From IMG/VR virus record IMGVR_UViG_3300031965_000026, positions 1 to 62,879 of that record: a DNA stretch of 62,879 nucleotides; one strand, written 5' to 3'. Of the stretch, positions 29,930 to 41,500 are shown in pieces. Made by a program: the position numbers and the translations under genes. The notes under the pieces were generated by a model. The model did not search any database. It was not told the origin of the DNA and was given only the letters and a program-made list of their open reading frames with translations. Numbering within the stretch: position 1 is the first letter of the stretch; the number at the start of each line of letters is the position of its first letter. The stretch is from a virus (lineage: Duplodnaviria; Caudoviricetes).

Positions 29930-30946
29930 ATGGCTTGGATGGCTATCGCTGGGATCGCCGCCTCCTTGATCGGCGGCGCGATGTCGAAAAAGGCCGGCGA
30001 CAAGCAGGCCGACGCCGTCGAGAACGCGAACCGGATGGCCGTGGAGGAGAACCGTCGCCAGTACGATCAGACCCGCTCCGACTTCGCGCCCTACCGGGAT
30101 GCCGGCGGCGAGGCTGTCAACTACCTCTCCGCGATGCTCATGGGGCCCTACGGCATCAAGGGCCGGGGGGATGCCGCGGGTACCGACATTGCGTCGCTCC
30201 AGGCGCAGCGTAATGCGCTACAGGCGCAGATGGGCGCCGGGGGCGGCCAGGAGGGCGACGGCCAGTGGGTGTTCGAGCAGGGCGGCGGCGAGACGGGAAT
30301 GCCGGCCGGGTACCGCTGGGTCACGAACAACGGGCCGAGCAACATGTTCGTGCAGACGGACAAGCCGATTGGCGATCCGTCCAGCCTCGGGACCCCGGGG
30401 GCTCCGGGTGGCGGGGGCTCGAATCTGCAAGCGCAGATCGCCGAGCTCGACCGGCAGATTGCCGAGGCGCAGGGGAAGGCGGGCCAGGCCGGGCGCTACG
30501 CCGACGTCGACGCGAACACCTCCCTCGAGCAGTACTCGCCGGGCTACCGGTTCCGCCTCGACGAGGGGAACAAGGCGCTCGACCGGCGCCAGGCGGCGGG
30601 GAGCTCGCGCCTCGGCGGCCGGGCGGTCAAGGAGGCGACGCGCTACAACCAGGACTACGCCTCGAACGAGTGGGGCAACTACCTCAACAGCATCTTCAAC
30701 CTCGCCGGCTACGGCTCGAGCGCTACCGGGGGCACCGCGCAGGCGGGCGCCCAAGCCGCGGGTAATATCTCCGGTGCACACATGAACACCGGTAATTCGC
30801 TCGCGAATATCTACGGTCAGCAGGGGGCGAACATGAACAACGCCCTCCAGTCGGGCTTCGGGAACCTCGCCTTCTCGCAGTACCTGAACCAGAACAAGGT
30901 GCCTGTCGGGGGGAAGGGTATAGGGATGGGAATGGGGCCGATCTGA
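29930..30946 (+). CDS. DNA ejection/transfer protein (gp7-like)
   Basis: Hydrophobic N-terminus, QYDQTRSDFAPY, SPGYRFRLDEG, YNQDYASNE. Confidence 0.8.
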   Translation: MAWMAIAGIAASLIGGAMSKKAGDKQADAVENANRMAVEENRRQYDQTRSDFAPYRDAGGEAVNYLSAMLMGPYGIKGRGDAAGTDIASLQAQRNALQAQMGAGGGQEGDGQWVFEQGGGETGMPAGYRWVTNNGPSNMFVQTDKPIGDPSSLGTPGAPGGGGSNLQAQIAELDRQIAEAQGKAGQAGRYADVDANTSLEQYSPGYRFRLDEGNKALDRRQAAGSSRLGGRAVKEATRYNQDYASNEWGNYLNSIFNLAGYGSSATGGTAQAGAQAAGNISGAHMNTGNSLANIYGQQGANMNNALQSGFGNLAFSQYLNQNKVPVGGKGIGMGMGPI

Positions 30947-32232
30947 TGGCGCAATATAACTTCATGTCGCTTCCCGACGCTGCGCTGGCGGCCGAGCGGG
31001 TTCAGGGCGCCCAGCAGAACCGAGAGATCAACGCGTTCAAGATGGATCAGGCGCGGTCGGAGGCGCCGATGCGTGCGCAGCGCAACGAGCTGGCGATCCG
31101 TCAGGGAGAGCAGAGCCTCCGGCAGGGCGACCAGGCATACATGATGGCGGGCTTCGAGCACTTCATTAAGCGCTCTGGGTTGGTGGGGGACCAGGCCACA
31201 TATGGCGCGTGGGTGCAGCAGGGCATGCAGCAGGGGCTTATTGATCCCGGTGAGTTCCCCGAGCAATACGATCCCGAGATGATGCGCAGGCTCCGGGGTG
31301 AGGCGACGAAGAAGCTCCAGCAGTTCACCACGAATCTCGGGGGCGGGCGGGCTCGCGACGACATGTACACGAACGGGGAGCTCACCAATCAGGGGCCCGA
31401 GTACAACGCGCTCGACTACAACGCGGCCAAGATGCCGGGCGCCTCGGTGCAGCACCTGTCGGTGCTCTCGCGTGCGCTGCGTGCGAAGGACCCCAGCCTC
31501 AGCGAGCACGACGCCACGCTCAAGGCCCAGGAGCTCATCGGCCAGGCGAAGGAGAAGCCGCGCAACGAGGTCGAGCAGAAGGTATGGGCGGATGCGCTCG
31601 AGGCCGGCTTCGGTGACACCGCGGCGGCGGACGCGGCGCTCGAGGCGTTCCGTGAGAAGTTCCCGTCCGGCGGTCCTCCGGCACCTGCGCCGGTGGCAGA
31701 TACGCCAGCCCCAGCGAATGCGCTGGCGCCCGCGACGGACAAGGTGCCGACCGTCGGCACGCGCGAGGCGTACGACGCACTCCCGAAGGGCGCGCGCTAC
31801 CGGGCGCCGGACGGGAAGGTGAGGGTCAAGGGTGAGGATTCGTCTTCTGCGGGAAAGCCCGCGCCAACAAGCATCGCTTCGCCTGCGCCTCCAACCGAGC
31901 CCGCAACGAGGCACCCGCCTTCAGACCCTGGCGTTAGCGAAAGTCGCTCTGGGCCGTCTGATGACAATCCTCAGCTTGAATCCGTGCTGCAAGAAATGGA
32001 GTCCGTTGTCGATGGACAAGGCTTCTTCAACCTGGGAGGAGACAAAGCTCGGCAGCTTGCGCTGCAATTGGAGTCGTTCATGAATGTCGGTGGCTCTCGT
32101 GAGCAAATGCAACGAGCGAAGTATGTTTTCGATCGCCTGATGTCCACCCCCAAGGACTCTAGAGGCGGTCAACGACCAAGCATAGGGTCTGTGGCTCGAG
32201 ACGTCATCGGGAACGCTCTTCGTGGCCAGTAA
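30946..32232 (+). CDS. Ejection protein
   Basis: Position; YDALPKGARYRAPDG motif. Confidence 0.6.
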   Translation: MAQYNFMSLPDAALAAERVQGAQQNREINAFKMDQARSEAPMRAQRNELAIRQGEQSLRQGDQAYMMAGFEHFIKRSGLVGDQATYGAWVQQGMQQGLIDPGEFPEQYDPEMMRRLRGEATKKLQQFTTNLGGGRARDDMYTNGELTNQGPEYNALDYNAAKMPGASVQHLSVLSRALRAKDPSLSEHDATLKAQELIGQAKEKPRNEVEQKVWADALEAGFGDTAAADAALEAFREKFPSGGPPAPAPVADTPAPANALAPATDKVPTVGTREAYDALPKGARYRAPDGKVRVKGEDSSSAGKPAPTSIASPAPPTEPATRHPPSDPGVSESRSGPSDDNPQLESVLQEMESVVDGQGFFNLGGDKARQLALQLESFMNVGGSREQMQRAKYVFDRLMSTPKDSRGGQRPSIGSVARDVIGNALRGQ

Positions 32233-34867
32233 CCCGAACTTCTGGGAGGCCGACAAGGTCGTCGACGAGGGTAACTTCTGGGAGGCCGATCCGCTCGACC
32301 AGGAGTTCGAAGAGAAACGCACCTTTGGCGAAGCCGCCTCCGACCTGGGCGTGTCCTTCGCATCGGGCGCCGGGGCGATGGTCGAGAACCTCGGCCGTAT
32401 CGGCGCACTCGTCCAGGGGAAGGACGAGAACGTTGCAACCCGGCACGGAGGGCGCGCCCGGGAGTTCTGGGACGAGCGCAAGTCCGAGGGCCTCAAGGCG
32501 CGCGAACGTCGGCGTACCGAGTCCATCGAGGGCGCAGAGGGGATCGTCGGCAAGGCTGTGGCCGCGGCCGGAGAGACGCTGCTCGATCCAGCACTGCTCT
32601 CGTCCTGGCTCGCAGAGCAAGTGCCGATGCTGGTGCCGAGTGCCGGCGCCGGCCGGGTTGCGGGGGCCGGGGCGGCTGCGCTCGGTGCTTCGTCCAAGGT
32701 GGCCGGGCGAACCGCGCTCGGGACGGCAATCGGGACCGGGGCGGCACAGCAGGGGGCTGACGTGGGTGGAGACGCCTACGAAGGTCTCATGGAGATGTCT
32801 CCCGATCTGTGGGCCAAGAACGGGGCCTATCAGGCGCTCGTGCAGGAGGGGCTGGACGACAACGCGGCCCGTCACGCGGTCGCGATCGAGCTGTCGCGTG
32901 ACGCGGCGCTGAAGGGCGCGCTCGTCTCGGCCGCGACCAACGCTATCCCCGGCGCGCTGGTGCTCGAGCGTGCGCTGGTGGGCGCGAAGATCCCGGCCGC
33001 CGGCAAGCTGCGCGCGATGGTCATCGGCGCGTTCGGCGAAACGGCGCAGGAGATGACGGAGGAGGGCACCGGGCGGGCGATTGCCAACCTTGCGCGTGGG
33101 CAGATCGATCCGTCCGTGCCGGTCTCCGAGGGGGTAGGCGAAGCCATCGGCATGGCAGCGCCGGCCGGCCTGTTCGGTGCCGCAGGCGGTCTCGCTGCTC
33201 CGGCGCGCCCGAACGTGCCGCCGCCGCCCCCGTCCGAGCCGCCCCCCGGCCAGCAGGCGGGCGCCGCACCGTCCGCGCCCCCCGGCCAGCCGACCATGGG
33301 CGATCTCGTCACGCAGAAGCTCAAGGAGCTCGGCGTCGAGTTCCGGACGCCGGTCGAGGTCCAGCCGACGTTCGAGCGCAAGCCCGAGTACCCGGGCGGC
33401 ATCGACTTCGTCCCACCCCCCGCCGGCGCCCAGCCGACTGCCGAGGACGCGTTCGTCGCAGGCGCGCCTACTCCGTCGCGCTACCCCGGGGGAATCGACT
33501 ACGTTCCGCCCGGCGCCCGTCCACCTGCGCCCCTGGACGCCGAGCTCGAGGCGGTTATCGCGGCCGATCCGGTGGTCGAGCAGGCGCCGGCACCGGCGCC
33601 CATGGAGCCCGGGATCCCCTACGGCGAGGGCGCCCCCGGCCGGCTCGGCGTGGAGACCCGGGTGGAGGGCGAACCCGTGTCCCGGACGGAGCCGGAGGCG
33701 CCCCCGTTACTTTCTTCCCCCACGATCGAGGGGGAGAAAATTAACACGCCGGTGCCGGAGGTGGCCCCGGTCAAGGGTGAGCCAGCCGCGCCCCCCGCCT
33801 CCCCGCGCGACCGCTATTACCAGGAGCAAGTGGATACCAAGCGCGGCGACATCCTCTCGGCGATCGCAAAGAAGGGCGGCCTCGATCTGGACGAGTCCGT
33901 GGGCTTCGGGGTCGACCCGGCCGAGCGCAACCGCCGGGGCTGGAAGATCGCCCCCGTGTTCAAGGCGAACGGCAAGGGCCAGTCGTGGGACGCGATGGCC
34001 GAGGTGCTGGCCGAGCAGGGCTGGCCGACCGTCGACGAGAAGGGCAACCCCGATCCCAACGTGCTGGCCGAGCTCGTGCACGACGCGCTGCTCGGGAAGA
34101 AAGTTGCGCACCCGGCCGCGGACGTCGATATGGACGCCGCGTTCGAGGCGTTCACCGCCGGCGACACCTACCTCGAGGCCGAGGAGTACGCCGGGCTCCA
34201 GGACGGCGACCGGGTGCTTATGGACGCCACCGAGTGGGCGGAGGACGCCGGGCTCGACCGTGATACGATTGATGAGATCATCGAGCGCGGCGCGATGCAG
34301 GACCGCACCGATGCCGAGATCGCCGAGGAGCTACGCGATGCCGCCCAACGAATCCGCGCTGAGGGTGCTGAAGCTGCGCCGGCAGAACCAGGCGAAAGGG
34401 CACAAGCCCAAGCGCCGGAAGCGTTCGTCCTCGCCGCCCAGTCAGAAGCCGACGTTGCCGAGCAAGAGCGAAGCCGAGCCGACACCGCCCGCGCTCGAGC
34501 GCTAGACGAGGAGCGCACCAAGGCCGACGCCGAGCGCGACCGGTTCTCCCTGACTGGCTCCGACCGTGAGGCCGACCTGGCTGCCGCGGCCGGGCAGCAA
34601 GATCTGCTTGCGGCGGCGCCCCCGAAGTCACCCCCAGCGCTCCCGAAGTCACCCCCGGCGCCACCGGCGCCTACCCCCCCAACCGCCCGCGATAAGCTGC
34701 GCGCCAAGCGCCCGGCGAAGGCGCTCTCCGCCATCCAGCTCAAAGAGCGCGCGCAGGACGAGGAGGGGAACGTCTACGAGATCACTCGTTCGGCCGAGGA
34801 GGTGCTCGGCGAGCACGACCAGCGGCTGAAGGCGCTCAACACCTTGCTGGACTGTCTCGCGTCATGA
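32222..34867 (+). CDS. Large ejection/internal virion protein
   Basis: Gly/Ala-rich membrane-like region, GETAQEMTEE, Pro-rich linker. Confidence 0.65.
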   Translation: MASNPNFWEADKVVDEGNFWEADPLDQEFEEKRTFGEAASDLGVSFASGAGAMVENLGRIGALVQGKDENVATRHGGRAREFWDERKSEGLKARERRRTESIEGAEGIVGKAVAAAGETLLDPALLSSWLAEQVPMLVPSAGAGRVAGAGAAALGASSKVAGRTALGTAIGTGAAQQGADVGGDAYEGLMEMSPDLWAKNGAYQALVQEGLDDNAARHAVAIELSRDAALKGALVSAATNAIPGALVLERALVGAKIPAAGKLRAMVIGAFGETAQEMTEEGTGRAIANLARGQIDPSVPVSEGVGEAIGMAAPAGLFGAAGGLAAPARPNVPPPPPSEPPPGQQAGAAPSAPPGQPTMGDLVTQKLKELGVEFRTPVEVQPTFERKPEYPGGIDFVPPPAGAQPTAEDAFVAGAPTPSRYPGGIDYVPPGARPPAPLDAELEAVIAADPVVEQAPAPAPMEPGIPYGEGAPGRLGVETRVEGEPVSRTEPEAPPLLSSPTIEGEKINTPVPEVAPVKGEPAAPPASPRDRYYQEQVDTKRGDILSAIAKKGGLDLDESVGFGVDPAERNRRGWKIAPVFKANGKGQSWDAMAEVLAEQGWPTVDEKGNPDPNVLAELVHDALLGKKVAHPAADVDMDAAFEAFTAGDTYLEAEEYAGLQDGDRVLMDATEWAEDAGLDRDTIDEIIERGAMQDRTDAEIAEELRDAAQRIRAEGAEAAPAEPGERAQAQAPEAFVLAAQSEADVAEQERSRADTARARALDEERTKADAERDRFSLTGSDREADLAAAAGQQDLLAAAPPKSPPALPKSPPAPPAPTPPTARDKLRAKRPAKALSAIQLKERAQDEEGNVYEITRSAEEVLGEHDQRLKALNTLLDCLAS

Positions 34868-36286
34868 GAAAGCTCTCGGCCGAGGAACTGCGCCGGCTGA
34901 AGGCCAAGGGAGCGGCGCGCGTCATCGAGCGCAAGGCGCCGCTTGAGGCGGTGCCGAAGCCCGAGCCCTTGCCCGAGCCCAAGCCGGCCCCCGTGGAGCC
35001 CGCCCTCGAGCGCCTGGTGCGCGAGGAGCAGGCCACGCGTGCGGCGCTCGTGGAGGCCATCACGGATCTCCAAGAGCGCGATCCCTCGCCCCGGGGCTGG
35101 CGGTTCACGGTCACGGAGCGGGACGGGGAAGGGTACATCCGGTCGATTGAGGCGGTGGCGTTTTGAAGATCCGCGCCTACATCGTCACTGTGACCGGCGT
35201 CACCGATCCCATCCGCGACTACCTCACGACCGTCGAGCCGCCGATGGGCGAGGGCGCCTGGGCGACCTACCTCCGGGGCGCCACCCGCGGGCTCGTGCTC
35301 GTGCGCTACGACGAGGCGGTGTTTGATCCGGCGGTACTCGCGGCGCTGACCGGCGTTGTCGCATTGCCAGCCGCGCAACTCGATCAGTCCTACGCACAGG
35401 TGCGTAACCCGGCGCGGAACGCGATCAAGAACGCCATCGAGAGCAGCATCGGCGGCACGGTAGACGACACCACATGGGAGACGTGGGAGGACGCTCTCTG
35501 CGAGGTCCTGCGCCGCATCGGCGAGACCGGCCGGCGGACGCTGCGCGACGATCCAAGCCAGCGCACGCGGGGCTTCTTGGATGAGTTCGGCTGATGGCGG
35601 CGTTCGAAGACGAATTCGTTGAAACAGGAGCGGACCGCGTACGCCTGAGTGACCACACCCCGGACGTGGGCGCGGGGTGGGACTGGACCGGCACAGCCAA
35701 CTTTTCGGCGGTGAGCGTCCAACCGCTCAGCGCCGGCGCGTGGTCGTACAACGGTACCGGCGCCGGCGATTGGGAGGCTGGGTATCACGCGATTCTGCCT
35801 GCGCTATCGAGCGCCGATCAGCAAGCGTGGGGTAAGCGCGTATCGACCCAGGATCTGAACGAAGTGTACGCGGCGCTCGCCGTGCGCATGATCGACGAGG
35901 ACAATTTTTACGGCGTGAGGGTAGTTGGCGGGGGAGCCGCCGGGCGACGTCTCACCAAGGTCGTGGCGGGGTCCGTGTCGGACCTAGTCACGTCGCAGGG
36001 CGTGTCAGGCGAGTGGCTGCGTGTCACCGCCGAGGGCTCGACGCTGGCGTTCTGGCGGGCGGCGGATGGCGCCGAACCCACCGATCCAGGCGAAGACACG
36101 AACTGGACGCAGATCGGCGTCGATCAGACCGGACACACGGAACTCCAGTCGGAGACCGGGTGCGGTATTGCGACCACCGTGACGTCCGGAACCCAGCTCA
36201 TGTCCAGCTTCCGCGCCGACGTGTACCCGCTGGCGGGCGGCGGCGGCGGCACCATCCTCGCCCACATGATGCACTACCTGTCGTAG
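34864..36286 (+). other. Three hypothetical virion-region genes (34864-35166, 35163-35594, 35594-36286)
   Basis: Coupled ORFs with GC3 bias. Confidence 0.6.
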
Positions 36287-36295
36287 GAGAGAGCC

Positions 36296-38068
36296 TTGAG
36301 CGCACTGCACGACATCGTGAAAAAGGGCGCCACGGATCGCTCTGTCACGCTTCGCATCATCGACTCGACGGACGGCACCCCGGAGACAGGCGTGGTGTTC
36401 AACACGAGCGGCATTGACCTGTGGTACCGCCGCGAGGGCGCGACCAAGACCTCTATCACCGAGGCCGATCTCGCGACGCCGGCGCTCGATGATCCGCACC
36501 TCGACGGTGGCTTCTTGCACATCGGCGACGGCACATACCGTCTCGACCTGCCCGATGCCGCCTTCGCGACCGGCACGAACCACGTCGACTTCGGCGGCAC
36601 GGTTACCGGCATGGTGGTCATCGGCGGGCGCGTGCGCCTGGTCGATGTCGATTCCGAGGACGCGGTGCGAGCGGGCCTCACCGCGTTGCCGAACGCGGCA
36701 GCGGATGCGGCCGGGGGCCTGCCAGTCTCGGATGCGGGTGGGCTCGATCTCGATGCGCTCAAGAGCGACACCGCGGCAATTCTCGTGGACACCGGCACCA
36801 CGCTCGACGGCAAGATCGACGCTATCGACACCGTGGTCGACGCCATCCTGGTCGACACCGCGGAGATCGGCACCGCCGGCGCAGGCCTGACCGAGGCAGG
36901 CGGCACCGGGGACCAGCTGACTGCGCTCGCGACCGCCGCCGCGCTCGCGACGGTGGACACCAACGTCGACACCCTGCTCACGCGCATCACCAGCACGCTA
37001 TTCTCCGGCATCACCTCGCTGGCCGAATGGCTCGGGCTGCTGGCCGGCAAGCAAACCGGGGACGCGACGGCGCTGACCGAGATCAAGGCGACCGGTGCCG
37101 GCTCGGGGGCGTACGACCCGACGACGGACGCGCTCGAGGCTATCCGGGACCGGGGCGACGCCGAGTGGACGACCGGCGCGGGCGGCTCGCCGCCTGATCT
37201 GCTCCAGTCGACTACTATCGCAACGCTTGCGAGCCAGACCGAGTTCACGCTCACCGCGGGCTCGGCGGACGACGACGCGTACAACGGCGCCCTGGTCGTG
37301 GTCACTGATCAGTCGACGGCCGAGCAGAAGGCGGTTGGCATCGTGCTCGACTACGTGGGCTCGACCAAGACGGTGACGCTGGACGGCGATCCCGGGATCT
37401 TCACCATGGCGACGGGTGACGATATCGTCCTCATTGCCACGTCGCCGGCGGCGAGCGCGCCCTCGGCCGCCGCCATTGCTGACGCGGTGCTTGATGAAGC
37501 GCTCTCCGGGCACACCACCGCCGGTACGCTCGGTAAGGCCGTGGCCGACATCGAGACGGACGCGACGGCCATTCTCGTGGACACGGCCGAGATAGGCGCG
37601 GCTGGCGCCGGACTCAGTGCCGTGCCCTGGAACGCTGCGTGGGACGCGGAGGTGCAGAGCGAGGTCACCGACGGCCTGAACGCCTACGATCCGCCCACCA
37701 AGGCCGAGCTGGACAGCGGGCTCGCGGCGCTGAACGATCTGGACGCGGCCGGGATCCGGACCGCAGTCGGCCTCGCCTCGGCCGATCTCGACACCCAGCT
37801 CGGCACCATCGACACCGGAGTCGACAACCTCGAGCTCGGCATTATCTTCGGCGCCGCGGCCACGGGGACGCTCAGCACCACGCAGGCGACGACCGATCTC
37901 ACCGGCTACGCCGACGACCAGCTCATCGGCCGCGTCATCGTCTGGCTCTCCGGGGCCTGCGAGGGTGAGGGCACCAACATCACGGATTCGGCGAATAGCG
38001 GCGGGCTGCTCACGTTCACCGCTCTCACCACGGCACCCGGCAACGGGGACCTCTTTAAGCTGATCTGA
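36296..38068 (+). CDS. Acidic Ala/Thr/Asp-rich structural protein with internal repeats
   Basis: AILVDT x3; AILVDTAEIGxAGAGL x2. Confidence 0.7.
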   Translation: MSALHDIVKKGATDRSVTLRIIDSTDGTPETGVVFNTSGIDLWYRREGATKTSITEADLATPALDDPHLDGGFLHIGDGTYRLDLPDAAFATGTNHVDFGGTVTGMVVIGGRVRLVDVDSEDAVRAGLTALPNAAADAAGGLPVSDAGGLDLDALKSDTAAILVDTGTTLDGKIDAIDTVVDAILVDTAEIGTAGAGLTEAGGTGDQLTALATAAALATVDTNVDTLLTRITSTLFSGITSLAEWLGLLAGKQTGDATALTEIKATGAGSGAYDPTTDALEAIRDRGDAEWTTGAGGSPPDLLQSTTIATLASQTEFTLTAGSADDDAYNGALVVVTDQSTAEQKAVGIVLDYVGSTKTVTLDGDPGIFTMATGDDIVLIATSPAASAPSAAAIADAVLDEALSGHTTAGTLGKAVADIETDATAILVDTAEIGAAGAGLSAVPWNAAWDAEVQSEVTDGLNAYDPPTKAELDSGLAALNDLDAAGIRTAVGLASADLDTQLGTIDTGVDNLELGIIFGAAATGTLSTTQATTDLTGYADDQLIGRVIVWLSGACEGEGTNITDSANSGGLLTFTALTTAPGNGDLFKLI

Positions 38069-38568
38069 TGGCCGTCACCCGCCTCGGCCTCTACGGCGGG
38101 CCGGGGCGCCCCTACGGGAGCTTCTCAGGCAAGTCCTCCGGCGCCCCGGTCGATACCGACCAGGTCACCCGCCTTGGTCTCTACGGCGGCCCCCAGGGCC
38201 TCTACGGCAGCTTCGAGGGGAAGGCTGGCACACCCCCTGCCGTCGATACCGATCAAGTCACCAGGCTCGGCCTGTGCGGCGGGCCCCAGGGGCTTTACGG
38301 TAGCTTCGAGGGCAAGACGGGTGCGCCGCCTGTCGTCGACACCGACCAGGTCACCCGCCTCGGTCTCTATGGCGGTCCCCAAGGGCTTTATGGGAGCTTC
38401 GAGGGCAAGGTGGCCTTCGTGCCTCCGCCTGTCGTCGTCGACGAGGATGTGCGCGGCGGGTACCCCCTCTTCGACCATGCCGGGCACCGGCGCCGGCACC
38501 TGCACGACGAGCGCGATCTTCTCGACATCCTATTCATCTGGACGAGCAACGACCGATGGCGGCACTGA
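38068..38568 (+). CDS. Repeat protein, 4x VTRLGLxGGPxxxYGSFxGK
   Basis: Four units of about 30 aa, visible in both DNA and protein. Confidence 0.75.
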   Translation: MAVTRLGLYGGPGRPYGSFSGKSSGAPVDTDQVTRLGLYGGPQGLYGSFEGKAGTPPAVDTDQVTRLGLCGGPQGLYGSFEGKTGAPPVVDTDQVTRLGLYGGPQGLYGSFEGKVAFVPPPVVVDEDVRGGYPLFDHAGHRRRHLHDERDLLDILFIWTSNDRWRH

Positions 38569-41500
38569 CGACCTGTATCAAGCGCCACCGCAAGGCCCTC
38601 GAGGCGGCGGGCATTGACGTTGACGCGCTGAAGGCACGCGCGCGCGAGCTGCGCGCCGAGGACGGGCTCGAGCCGCACGTGGCCGCCATGACCGCGGTGG
38701 AGGAGCTGCTCGAGGAGGCGGAGGGCGCGCGGGCCGAGACCGTGGCCGAGGTGGAGCGCCGGGGCGGGGTGGTGACCCGGGAGGCGGCACCCGAACCTGT
38801 TCAGGACGCACCGCTCGCCGCGTACCGCAACGAGAAAGACGGCACTGAGGCCCGCATCGTGCGACACGACTCCGGCGGCTATTCGGTCACGCTGAGGGAT
38901 ACCGACGCAGACGCGGCCATGCCGGTCGCGCGTATCTTCCCCGACATGGAGCGCGCCGACGCGTATGCGCGCAGCCTGGTGGCGGCGCCAGGCACGCAGG
39001 CTGATGCGGCGCAGGCGGCGGAGCCGGCCCCGATATCCGACGTGGAGCAGGCCGCTCCGAAGGAACGCAAATTCGCATCGACGCAGCTCCCGGTGCAGGC
39101 CGAGTTCAGCGGGTCGGTGCAGGCTGTCGCGCGCGGGCTCATCGATCCGCAGGACATCTATCCGGAGAAGGGCCTCGAGACCGATCCGCACATCACGCTA
39201 AAGTACGGTTTGCACACCGACGCCGCGCAGGACGTGGCACCGTTGCTCGCAGGCGCGGGGCCGATCGAGGCGCGCGTCGAGGGTATCGAGGTGTTCGAGG
39301 GCGTCGAGGATGGACGCGCCGACGCGATCGTCCTTCGGGTCGAAAGCCCGAAGCTACGTGAGCTGAACCGTCGGGTAAGCGATGCTCTCGAGACCACGGA
39401 TACCTACCCTGAGTACAAGCCGCACATCACGCTTGGCTACGTCAAGGCGGGACAAGGGCGGAAGTATGCGGGCGCCTGGACGCCTCTCGACGGGCTGACG
39501 ATCACGCTCTCGCAGGTCGATTTCTCGGCACGCTCGGGTGTTAAGACGCCGATCGCACTCGGAGGGTCACAGTCGACCGCGGAGCTCTCGCCCTCGAGCC
39601 AGGCGGCTGCCGAGGGCACGCAGCGGGTGCGCCAGCAGAAGGCAGCCGAGGAGCCAGCGAAGGCGCCTATAGAAGATTTCGGAGCGGTGCTAGAGGGCGC
39701 CCGCAAGCATTACGCCGCAGCGTATCGCGAGAAGCTCAAGGAGGCCGGCGAGCTCGACATCACCACCGAGCCGCTCTCGCGCTCGTGGCCAGAGCCGGAC
39801 TACCAGCGCCTGCTCGATGACGGGGCCGATCCGTGGACCGTGGCGTTCGTGCATGCCGCTCGTGATGAGGTGCCGCCGAAGCCGCGCAAGGCGTGGAAGA
39901 TCAAGGGCTGGTCCGTGGACGTCCGCACGCTACGCGACTTCGCCGACGACCTGTTGGGCGGAAAGAAGACGTCCGAGCACATGCGCTCTTGGCTCGATGT
40001 TCATAGCCACACCCCCATGAACGACCGGATGTCCGGGCGTGTTGATCTATACCTCGCGGTCGGCCACACGAAGTCGCTGAGCGGCGTGCGGGTCGTGAGG
40101 GGCCAGTACAGCATGCTCGAGGGCAAGCCCCAGAAGCCGCCCAAGGTGATCTGGTCGGTGGAGAAGCCGGCGAAGGCGAGCGCCTGGAGCAACTGGCCCC
40201 GCACCCTGGCACAGGGCGATACGCGCGAGGCGGCGATCGAAGCGTTCAAGAAAAGCTTCGCCCACTTCGGCGACGAGAAGCCGGCCCGCGAGGTGCGCTT
40301 CGATATCTACTCCCGACGCAAACAAGACGGGTTCTTCATCGGGAAGAAGATCGGGCGCAACACCATCGATCTGAAACGCTTCGACGACGTGAAGTCTGCG
40401 CGCGCCTACCTCGCCGACCACCATGACGATCTGGTCAAGGCGCTCGAGGCGTACAAGGACATCCCGGCCCACCGGAAGGAGACGAACTCACCACGCGTCG
40501 GCATCGACCACCGGTCGGGGGGCGACGTGACGCCCGAGGCGTTCGCAGAAGCGTTCGGGTTCCGCGGGGTCCAATTTGGAAATTATGTGGAGGGAGGGCG
40601 CCGGCAGGCCGATCTGAACGAGGCGTACGACGCCCTGATGGATCTCGCCGGCATCCTGGGCGTTCCGCCCCGTGCTCTGTCCCTGAACGGCGAGCTCGGC
40701 CTTGCGTTCGGTGCGCGCGGCAAGGGCGGCAAGAATGCGGCACGAGCCCACTACGAGCCGGGTACCGTCGTCATCAACCTGACGAAGACCAAGGGCGCGG
40801 GCTCGCTCGCTCATGAGTTTTTCCATGCGCTCGACAACTATTTCTCCCGCCTGCGGGGCAGGGGGGCCGACTACCTGACGGAGAGCCCCGCGCCCGGCGA
40901 GGGCGTGCGCCCGGAGATGGTCGAGGCGTTCGGAGAGGTGCGAAAGGCGATCCGAGCAACGGAGATCGCCACCCGGTCGCGCCGGCTGGACGCGAAACGG
41001 ACCAAGGACTACTGGAGCACCGGGCGCGAGCTGTCTGCGCGGGCGTTCGAGAACTACGTCATCGCGAAGCTGGCGGACGAAGGCCAGTCGAACGACTACC
41101 TCGCGAACATCGTCTCCGAGCGCGCCTGGAACGCAAAGATCTCACTCGGGCTCGAGGAGGGGGAGACTTACCCCTACCTTCAGGCCGGCGAGGTGCCCGC
41201 GGTTCGTGCGGCGTTCGACAACTTCTTCAGCGTGGTCGAGACGCGCGAGACGGACACCGGGGTGACGTTGTTCTCGCGGACGCCAACGGGCAAGCCGGCG
41301 GCTGCCGGCCTCTCCGTCCCCGACGTCGAGCGCGCGATCGCCAAGGTGCGCAATGCCTGGAAAGGCGGCCCGCTCATCAAGGTCGTGCCATCCATGGACG
41401 CACTGCCCGAGGGCGTACGTTCCCAGCTCGGAGGAGGCCCAGGAACCATCGTCGAGGGTTCGTATTACCGGGGGGAGGTCTACCTGGTTGCGGACGCAAT

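Noticed and set aside
31832-32083. Nested ORF in the lower-GC tail of the ejection gene
   Set aside because: No convincing RBS or codon bias; more simply a recently appended segment
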